From Polyangiaceae bacterium (GTDB lineage: Bacteria > Myxococcota_A > Polyangia > Polyangiales > Polyangiaceae), in assembly GCA_965222375.1 (NCBI GenBank), contig CBDCTZ010000016.1:2688001-2752000 (forward strand): a stretch of 64,000 nt of DNA, in the 5' to 3' direction. The translations under genes were made by a program, and so were the position numbers. Shown in pieces: positions 56,986 to 64,000 of this stretch (the stretch's first letter is position 1; every line of letters starts with the position of its first letter). The notes beneath the pieces are model-generated. The model did no database searches and was not told the DNA's origin. It saw only the letters and a program-made list of their open reading frames with translations.

Positions 56986-59085
56986 TCAGGAGAGCTCTTC
57001 GGTGAGCCGGCGCTGATACTCGACCTGTAGCTCCCGGGCCTCCGAGGGCCGCCCCAACGCATGCAAGAGATCACACAACGTCGTGAGAACGTCCTCTCGA
57101 TAGGGTGCGATGCGGAGTGCCCGACGAAGGCTCGTGACCGCGTCTTCGCCCGCCCCTCGCCGAGCGTGCATCTGGGAAAGACGCTCCAATACGCGCAGAT
57201 GAAGTTCCGAAAGCTCTCGGCGCTCTTCCTCGCACCATTCGGCGTAGGGGTCGTCCTCGAACAAGCCTCCGCCGTACAGATCTACGGCGGCTTCCAGGGA
57301 TTCGAGCGCCTCATCTTCCGCGCCAGCGCCTGCACGTAGGCCCTTGTTGGCCAACGCCCTGAAACTGACAACGTCGACTTCTACGGGCGCGTCGAGATCC
57401 AGATAGTACAGCTCGCCGCGGTTCTTCACGTAGATCCACTCACGCTCGGTTCTGAGCGGCTCAATCACGGAACGCAGTGCGTGCACGACCCCATGTAGGC
57501 GATTCGCACCGCTCTTTGCGTCCGCGTCGGGCCAGAATTGGTCGATGAGATAGTCGCGGGTCTGAGGCGTTCCCGCTTTGAGCGCTAGCAGCTTCAGGAG
57601 AGCCAGAGACTTGCTTCTGGGAAACGCCTCGGCGGCGATCGCGCGGCCACCCTGCAGCACCGTAAACGGGCCCAAGCACCTGAGGGTCAATCCGATCTGT
57701 CGCGCCGAGGGTGCGCTGTCAGCGCTAGCGGAAGTGATAATGTCGACCTTCATGCCCGTGTGGTGCGCCTCGATTCTCAGCGCGACCTGATGCGCCATTG
57801 CCAGCAGTGGCACTAGAGGCGCAGTCTCCTCTTGAGCGAAATTTGAGCCGAGATCCAACGTGATGAGGCCGTGGAAGCGCCCGTGTGCACTGATCGGCAA
57901 GCAGCACGGGCTGTCCATGCGCTTTGGCAAGCCGCGTCGGCAGGGAACAGGCCAGGCGCGCCGTCCTTTTCCGGCAGCTACCGCGTGTCCGTCAAGCAGA
58001 GAGGGACAGCTCCGCCATGCGCCGGCCTCCGCGTGCGCGCACAACAGCCCCCCGGGCCCCGTGGAGATGACCTGGGCTGGCAGACCGGTGTCGGGATCGA
58101 CGAGCGCCAGAGTCCCATGCGTGGAGCGTGCGAAACGAGTGACGGCGAGCAAGAGCGCGCGCAGCAGCTGGGATGAGACACCTTCCTCCGGCGACCCCGT
58201 GTCGTGGACCTTTTCACGCAGCGAAGCCAGTCCCGCCCGGATTGCACTCGCGATTGGCGTCGCCGCACGTTGCAGCAGTTCGACCGCCGCCTCTGCAGGG
58301 AAGTCTGGATCCCGAGAGAGCAGGTGGATGGAGCCCAACGGACCCTGTGGCGCCAGAAGGGGAGCGCAGGCATAGGAGGAAATGCCCGTACGCTGAACGC
58401 TGGGGCGCAAATAGCGCTCATCGCTCCCGATGTCGCGCCTCACCAGCGTCTCGCCGGTGGCCGCCACGATGCCGGGGTAGCCAAGGGCGCCCTCGAAGCG
58501 TGTCCGAGAGGTGAGTGCTTCGCCATCGGGCCCCGCCCAGACGGCGAGCAAGGAGTCACCGCCGCCCGGCTCCCGCAAAAAGAGTTCACAATCGTCTGCA
58601 CCCGTCGCGTTCAGGAGAGCGTTCAAGGCGCGCCTGAGGCTGGGTAGGAGGTCATCGGGTGAAACCAGGGTCGTGACCTCCGACACGATCGCAGAGGTGT
58701 CGAACCGCGGACTGTCCTGCGCGGCGCGAATGTTGCGACTCACGCTCTCGATCAAATCTTGGTTGTCGAAGGGCTTGGTGATGTAGTCAGCCGCGCCACG
58801 CTTCATCGCGTTGACTGCCGCATCGATGCTGCCGTGGGCTGTTATCACGATGACTCTCGTGCGCGGCCAGCGCTCCATCACCACCTGCAGTAGCTCCATG
58901 CCGTCCATCTTTGGCATGCGCACGTCCGTTAGCAGCAGGTCACAGCCGGCGTGCTCCAACTCTTTGATGGCGTTGTGCGCCGAGTATGCGACGCTCACGG
59001 CAAACGACTCTTCTGCGAGCAGCATTGCGATGCCGTCCGCAAGATCGCGGTTGTCGTCAACTACCAAGACGCGCGGATCGCTCAT
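56986..59085 (-). CDS. Response regulator with REC-GAF-(Cys-rich GAF-like)-wHTH-BTAD (SARP-type) architecture
   Basis: REC (VVDD, TDVRMP, KPF); GAF (GYPGIVAATG...DERY...YACAPL); SARP part (LRCLGPFTV, LLKLLAL, DQFWPD, VDVVSF, LYGGGLFED, APYRE). Confidence 0.88.
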   Translation of the reverse strand: MSDPRVLVVDDNRDLADGIAMLLAEESFAVSVAYSAHNAIKELEHAGCDLLLTDVRMPKMDGMELLQVVMERWPRTRVIVITAHGSIDAAVNAMKRGAADYITKPFDNQDLIESVSRNIRAAQDSPRFDTSAIVSEVTTLVSPDDLLPSLRRALNALLNATGADDCELFLREPGGGDSLLAVWAGPDGEALTSRTRFEGALGYPGIVAATGETLVRRDIGSDERYLRPSVQRTGISSYACAPLLAPQGPLGSIHLLSRDPDFPAEAAVELLQRAATPIASAIRAGLASLREKVHDTGSPEEGVSSQLLRALLLAVTRFARSTHGTLALVDPDTGLPAQVISTGPGGLLCAHAEAGAWRSCPSLLDGHAVAAGKGRRAWPVPCRRGLPKRMDSPCCLPISAHGRFHGLITLDLGSNFAQEETAPLVPLLAMAHQVALRIEAHHTGMKVDIITSASADSAPSARQIGLTLRCLGPFTVLQGGRAIAAEAFPRSKSLALLKLLALKAGTPQTRDYLIDQFWPDADAKSGANRLHGVVHALRSVIEPLRTEREWIYVKNRGELYYLDLDAPVEVDVVSFRALANKGLRAGAGAEDEALESLEAAVDLYGGGLFEDDPYAEWCEEERRELSELHLRVLERLSQMHARRGAGEDAVTSLRRALRIAPYREDVLTTLCDLLHALGRPSEARELQVEYQRRLTEELS

Positions 59086-60833
59086 GTTTCGTCGTCAGCC
59101 GTTTCACTCGGGGTATCAGTGTCGTGTGACGCCGGCAAGAGGATGCGAAACGTGGTCCCACCACCGGAAGCGCTTCGAACCGACATGCGTCCAGCATGAC
59201 TTTTCACGATATTGTCTGCAACCGAGAGACCGAGGCCGGTACCGCTATCTTTGGTTGTAAAAAACGGCTGAAAAACCCGATCAAGATGTTCCGGCGCGAT
59301 CCCGGGTCCGTCGTCCGATACCTCCACGACGTGAGCAGCCACCCTGCCGTCTTGCGCTTCGTAGGCGCTGATCTGGACCTTGCCGCCGCTGGGAGTTGCC
59401 TCCACCGCGTTGAGTGCAAGGTTGAGCAACGCTTGGCGGATTTCTTCCGGGTCGCATCGAGTCCAGATTGGAATACTTTGGGCGCGGGCATCTCCCTCCA
59501 GAACAACGCCAGCCTTGACTGCAAGAGGGCGAACCGAATCGAGAATCTCTCCGCAAAGCAAGCGTAGGTTGATGCGTTGACGTGTTGGTTTTCTCGGACG
59601 CGCCAACTCCAGGAGCTGCTCGGTGATCTTTCTGCAACTGTCGGCATTGCGCTTGATCACCTCCAGGTTCTTGTAGACCGGGCTGTCTGGGTCGAGTTTC
59701 GCTAGTGCGTGCTGGCTGTACAGCGACACAACACCAATCGGGTTGTTGATCTCGTGCGCGACCGACGCGGCGAGCTTTCCGACGACGCTCATTCGCTCTT
59801 CGTGCATGAGGCGCTTGTCCAGTGCCGCTCGCTCGTTCACGTCGCGCATGACCGCTACCAGGCCGATGACCTCGCCGCGGGGCGTGCGCACGGTGGAGAA
59901 CGTGGGCTCGAAGAGTTGGTCGCCCACCTCTATCACGGCCTCTGTGCGTGCATGCGTCTGTTCTTCCAAGGCCTCGAAACGTGTCGCGAGGCTTTGTTTG
60001 GACAGCACGTCTTGTTTCGGCCCCCCGGCTATGTTGCGCAGAATATCCCGCGCGCGTTGATTGCTCAGCTGCACGCTGCCGTATCGGTCGGTGAACAGAA
60101 CTGCGTCTGCCATTCCGTTCACGATTGCGTGGAGCCGAACGCGCTCGATCTCGGTCTGCTGTTGGCTCTCCCCGAGGAGTTCCTTTTCACGAGATAGCAC
60201 CTCGTAGTTCTCGGCAAGCCGGAGACGACTCTCATGCAATCGGTTGGTGAGAAAGCGGGCGAAACCCGACGCCGCCGTGAGGGTCAACACCAGCCCGGAC
60301 AGCACTCCCAGGGATTGGACCGTGATGCTGTTCGAGTCACATGCGGTGCCGTCCCCCTCCAGGCAATAATGGTCGAGCAACCCGGTTCCCTCGCCGAGCA
60401 CGATTCCCGCAACAAGGATGACCGCTAACACCAGGATGGCCGTCGCAGCCCGTGGTCGCAAAGCGATGTTTGCGTTGACCACGTGCAGCACGAAAAGGGG
60501 CAGAAACGGATTTTCGACGCCGCCCGAAAAGTGCACCAGCATCGCTAATGCCGTGCAATCCACGACGATCTGAGACGCCGGATGCCGAAAGCCACTGCGA
60601 CCGTTGCCTCGGCTCACGCTGAGCGCGAGGTTGTACGCAAACAGGGCCCCGGCAACGCCCCAGAGTCGCGGCGATGAGTCCGGAGGCAACTGACCGAAGA
60701 CCCACTCCGATGCCGCTATGGCCGTCGCAACGCCCGCGAGCGCAACCCACCGGAGTCGCACCAGCCAGGCAACGAACTCAGCCGGAGCCTCCCGCGTATT
60801 ATCGCGAGCGTCGACGGAAACCCTCGAGGCCAC
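59082..60833 (-). CDS. Membrane PAS sensor histidine kinase with a RegB/PrrB-like TM domain
   Basis: LVRLRW start, about 5-6 TM with GGVENPF, PAS, H-box AHEINNP, NAVEA, DDGPGI and GTGLGL; overlaps the regulator by 4 nt. Confidence 0.92.
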   Translation of the reverse strand: MASRVSVDARDNTREAPAEFVAWLVRLRWVALAGVATAIAASEWVFGQLPPDSSPRLWGVAGALFAYNLALSVSRGNGRSGFRHPASQIVVDCTALAMLVHFSGGVENPFLPLFVLHVVNANIALRPRAATAILVLAVILVAGIVLGEGTGLLDHYCLEGDGTACDSNSITVQSLGVLSGLVLTLTAASGFARFLTNRLHESRLRLAENYEVLSREKELLGESQQQTEIERVRLHAIVNGMADAVLFTDRYGSVQLSNQRARDILRNIAGGPKQDVLSKQSLATRFEALEEQTHARTEAVIEVGDQLFEPTFSTVRTPRGEVIGLVAVMRDVNERAALDKRLMHEERMSVVGKLAASVAHEINNPIGVVSLYSQHALAKLDPDSPVYKNLEVIKRNADSCRKITEQLLELARPRKPTRQRINLRLLCGEILDSVRPLAVKAGVVLEGDARAQSIPIWTRCDPEEIRQALLNLALNAVEATPSGGKVQISAYEAQDGRVAAHVVEVSDDGPGIAPEHLDRVFQPFFTTKDSGTGLGLSVADNIVKSHAGRMSVRSASGGGTTFRILLPASHDTDTPSETADDET

Positions 60834-60851
60834 GGTCCAACCAGCGACTAC

Positions 60852-61235
60852 CTATTCAAGGCGATCGAGTAGTGCCTCGAGTACGACGGGCATGAGGTCA
60901 GCGCGACTGATCAATCCAACGAGCTTGCCCTCTTCGTGCACGAGGATTCGGCGGAAACTATTGGTCATCAGGAGGTCGAAGACTTCCACTAGCTCCGCAT
61001 CCACCGCGACAGATTCCGGATTCTTCGTCATCAGCGCATCGACGGTTTTGGCGTTCTCGTAGAATGCCTGCAGCAGGTCCTTCTCAGACAGAACGCCTTG
61101 GATGGTTCCAGCCCCGTCCACCACGGGAAGGCCGGTGATGTCGCGCTCGATGAGCAGGCGGACTGCGTCGCGCAGCGGCGTTTTTGGCTGAACCGTGACG
61201 ATTTCCGTTGTCATTATCGATCGAATGCTCGACAT
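60852..61235 (-). CDS. Stand-alone CBS-pair protein
   Basis: IRSIMTTEIV...ITGLPVVD...GVLSEKDL; second CBS LMTKNP...RRILV...LVGLISRADL. Confidence 0.9.
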   Translation of the reverse strand: MSSIRSIMTTEIVTVQPKTPLRDAVRLLIERDITGLPVVDGAGTIQGVLSEKDLLQAFYENAKTVDALMTKNPESVAVDAELVEVFDLLMTNSFRRILVHEEGKLVGLISRADLMPVVLEALLDRLE

Positions 61236-61355
61236 CTGTCCGCCCCACTGCCGCTGACCAAAACGCGACTATCGAGACGTTGACACGTTTGTCGTGGTGA
61301 CGGCAATCGGCACGCGGGATTCGGCGCCTCGGCTGCTTTTCGGCTGCGTGGGAGC

Positions 61356-62000
61356 TCACATGCGGTCGAACTCCGAAGCAGTGATGAGTTTGTGGGCCAG
61401 GGAAAACACGACGTTGTCCTCGCGGAAGATGTGCAACCGCAGCACCTCCGCCAACTCCATGCCTTGCTGCAAGGCAGTGTCGAATACGACCGTTCGCGAC
61501 TTCGCGTCAGGAAGACGACTAGCGAGGGCGAACAAGTTGAAGGTGATGGCAGCCAGCTGAAGGATCTGGTCGTGCTCGTCCTCGAGTAGGTCCACGGCTG
61601 TCGTGCGCAGATGGCCCTTGCTGTGCTCGCCACTTTCGATGAGGCGCTGCGCAAGCAAGGGGAACAAGACCTTCTCCTCGCGCCGATTGTGGGGAAAGAC
61701 CTCCTCGTCCAACTGCCGGAAGAACTCGCGAACGGTCGCGTCGGTCTCACGGTCGACTCCGGTGGAGGCCATTGTGTCCAGCGCGCTCCGAAACTCCGCC
61801 AGGACCTTTCCGAATGAGTCGTGCTCATCGCGGAACGCCTGCATCACCGGATGCATCTCGTCGTAGGGTATGGCCAGACCGTCGCCCGGAGGCGCATAAG
61901 CATCGGGGGGTGCCATGGGTGACAGCCCCTCATCATCGGACCCCTTGTCCGCGTCCTTTTTGATCGGGTCATCCTTCTTGCGCAACTTTACTAGGCTCAT
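61356..62000 (-). CDS. Hemerythrin-like (HHE) diiron protein
   Basis: DEH...HNRREEKVLFP...DEH...HIFREDNVVF pattern; likely start ATG 62000. Confidence 0.88.
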   Translation of the reverse strand: MSLVKLRKKDDPIKKDADKGSDDEGLSPMAPPDAYAPPGDGLAIPYDEMHPVMQAFRDEHDSFGKVLAEFRSALDTMASTGVDRETDATVREFFRQLDEEVFPHNRREEKVLFPLLAQRLIESGEHSKGHLRTTAVDLLEDEHDQILQLAAITFNLFALASRLPDAKSRTVVFDTALQQGMELAEVLRLHIFREDNVVFSLAHKLITASEFDRM

Positions 62001-62228
62001 TCTGTCTCTTTCGCCTCTCGATGACGGGGCTGCAGCCAACCCTCGCTCAGCTCAGCCTGCCGGGTGGCAGTCAGGCACGGACCGGACGGCAATAGCACGG
62101 TTCCTTGCTCCACCGTCGTCGAGGTGGGGTTTTGTGGTCCGGATCACGAGGCTCGCGAACGGTGGGGCAGCTGCCAACCCGCTCGTCCGCGATCTTGCGT
62201 CGCCGGGGTTACGGGATAGCCTCCTGCC

Positions 62229-62657
62229 ATGGAGATCAATGGAATAGCGCACGTCCAACTGAGCGTTGCGGACTTCAAGCGCAGTCAGGAATTCTACGCG
62301 CGTCTGCTCGCATTTCTAGGCCTCAGCCCAGTGATGGAATTCGACGGTTTCTACTATTGCGTGGGAGCTCGCACCGGCGTCGCCATATCCCAGGCAGACG
62401 AAGCGCATCGCGGCGAGCGCTTCGAGCAGCGGCGCGTGGGATTGCACCACATCTGCTTCCGAGCCCGGGAGCGCGAAGACGTCGACCGAGTTCATGAATT
62501 CCTCGTCGAAATGGGCGCAACGATCGTGCACCCACCTGAAGAAGCCCATTGGGCTCCGGGCTATTACTCCGTGCTCTTCGAAGATCCCGACGGGATCCGG
62601 CTCGAGGTCAACTACGTCCCCGGCAAGGGGCTACTGACCGACCAGAACCCCACCTAG
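62229..62657 (+). CDS. VOC/glyoxalase family protein
   Basis: IAHVQLSV, GLHHICF and FEDPDGIRLEV motifs. Confidence 0.9.
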   Translation: MEINGIAHVQLSVADFKRSQEFYARLLAFLGLSPVMEFDGFYYCVGARTGVAISQADEAHRGERFEQRRVGLHHICFRAREREDVDRVHEFLVEMGATIVHPPEEAHWAPGYYSVLFEDPDGIRLEVNYVPGKGLLTDQNPT

Positions 62658-62690
62658 CGAAAAACTCCGGCGGAAGCCCGCCCCTCCACC

Positions 62691-63920
62691 TTACTGATTG
62701 GGATCGATGCGGCGCACCCGCGAAGTCAGCATGTCCACGAAGTAGAGCTTCTTGTCTTCGGGGCCGATGGCGATGCCCGCGAGGGTTTTCGGCGGGAAGC
62801 CTGTTTCCAGGGTTTTGATCAGGGTGCCCGTCATGTCGAAGGCATGAATGCGGCTGGTGGCGTGGTCCGAGACGAATACGACGCCGTCGGCCACGGCAAT
62901 GCCACTGGGCGCCTCGAGGGTGCCCGCCGGGATGAAGTCCGTGATCACGGTGCCATCCACGCGGTTCTTCACAGCGAAGTTGTCCTGTACCAGCACGGTG
63001 CCGTTGACGGTACCGGTGTTGGTGTCCACAGCGGCGACGCGCTTCTTGCCCGGATCTGCGACATAGAGCATGCCGGTCGACTTGTCCAAGGCGAGGTGTC
63101 CGGGAATGTTCTCGGCGCGGACGAACTGACCCTCCAGGTGGCGGTAGAGTTCACCATCGGAGTGATCTTCGCCGCCAGGCGGGTGGGGCTCCTTGAAATC
63201 GTAGCGATCGAGGGCGCCAATCTTCCCGTTCAAGCACCAGTAGATGGCGTCCTTCTCATGCTCGATGCCCATGCACAGCGGTGTGCCGTGCAGCATGTCC
63301 AAGTGAGAACCGTTGGGTGTGAAGGTCGCCCCGGGCGGTGGCGGTGTGATCTTGCCGAAAATGTTCGGGTCGCTGGACCACCAGGTCGGGCCCATGAAAT
63401 CGAGGGGGTTGTCTTCCAAGTTGCCCGTGCGATGCTCACCACACGTTGCGAAGGTGTCACCCGGTCCGAAGGCAATCGCCGTCGGGCGGCGCATGAAGTG
63501 CCAGGCGTTCTGATCCTTCTTGATGACGGCGGTGGGTGCGGGGCCGCTGGCATCCGAGACCACCAGGACGCTGCCACCCAAGGCGCCGCAGCCCTGCTGC
63601 ACGGTCGAGGTGCAGGGAGTGCCATCGTAGAATTCGCGCAGGGTCACCCACATCTCGCCGGGGCGCATGGGGTTGAAAGCCAGGTCTGTTGCTTCCCGGG
63701 CCACTGGGGGCTCCCAGATCTCGAGGTAGGTGACCGACGCGGCCGTGCCGTCCGTGCCCAGCTGCCAGCCTGGCGCGGCCGCCTGACCGCCTCCCGCGCC
63801 TCCGGTGCCGCCCCCGACGCCGCCTGCTCCTCCCGTGGCGCCGCCTCCACTACTGCCGTCGCTTCCGCAACCGGTGGAAAGGATTAGCAAAACGGACGCA
63901 AGTAGGCTCAGGTTCTTCAT
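62691..63920 (-). CDS. Hypothetical lipoprotein, probable beta-propeller (NHL-like)
   Basis: Lipobox STGC, Gly-rich linker, repeats such as ATDLAFNP, PTAIAFG, PSGIAV and LYVAD; His-rich motifs HFM and SHLDMLH. Confidence 0.7.
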   Translation of the reverse strand: MKNLSLLASVLLILSTGCGSDGSSGGGATGGAGGVGGGTGGAGGGQAAAPGWQLGTDGTAASVTYLEIWEPPVAREATDLAFNPMRPGEMWVTLREFYDGTPCTSTVQQGCGALGGSVLVVSDASGPAPTAVIKKDQNAWHFMRRPTAIAFGPGDTFATCGEHRTGNLEDNPLDFMGPTWWSSDPNIFGKITPPPPGATFTPNGSHLDMLHGTPLCMGIEHEKDAIYWCLNGKIGALDRYDFKEPHPPGGEDHSDGELYRHLEGQFVRAENIPGHLALDKSTGMLYVADPGKKRVAAVDTNTGTVNGTVLVQDNFAVKNRVDGTVITDFIPAGTLEAPSGIAVADGVVFVSDHATSRIHAFDMTGTLIKTLETGFPPKTLAGIAIGPEDKKLYFVDMLTSRVRRIDPNQ

Positions 63921-64000
63921 GACTTGGGTCAAGTACGTGTAGTCGGTCGCCGCGGTTTCGCCAGTGAAAACCTTGCGCCTGCCAAAAATGCTGCGGTCCG

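Noticed and set aside
62092..62109. Sigma54-like TAGCACGGTTCCTTGCT upstream of the VOC gene
   Set aside because: Lacks the invariant GG at -24 and the spacing to GC is off by one.
44100..62200. Mobile-element boundaries for the nar island
   Set aside because: No integrase, transposase, tRNA or flanking direct repeats were seen.

Overview
GC-rich chromosomal window, most likely from Myxococcota of the Polyangiaceae type, inferred from MYXO-CTERM sorting signals, a PEGA protein and Gly/Cys-rich lipoproteins. The first ~44 kb is a mosaic of housekeeping and accessory genes: biotin carboxylase, cysK, TauE, xseA, aroE, a glycogen debranching enzyme, a two-component pair, hflKC, an aldehyde dehydrogenase, a TetR-containing ABC/TolC efflux operon, an anthraniloyl-CoA monooxygenase-like enzyme, a surface phosphatase, yggX, slyX, MscS and a Tat-exported sulfite-oxidase-family molybdoenzyme. 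From ~44.1 to ~62.0 kb lies a nitrate-respiration island: a divergent NarK/NrtP, then narC(dihaem cyt c)-narGHJI-narK-narK. Facing it convergently is a four-gene sensory module that is not NarXL or FNR: a hemerythrin-like protein, a CBS protein, a kinase with the RegB-type GGXXNPF quinone motif, and a REC-GAF-(Cys-rich)-wHTH-BTAD regulator. The nar promoter region carries FNR-like boxes and an 11-bp-periodic heptamer repeat of the kind bound by SARP/OmpR-type regulators. One NarK has an inserted soluble domain and a C-terminal 4-Cys domain. This island is the best candidate for an undescribed system. Also notable are a secreted 4x CGGGK repeat peptide behind an FNR-like box, an unannotated 49-aa membrane protein upstream of tauE-cysK, and widespread signs of leaderless transcription. 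No rRNA, tRNA, CRISPR or mobile element was seen. All calls come from reading motifs by eye; no database searches were run.
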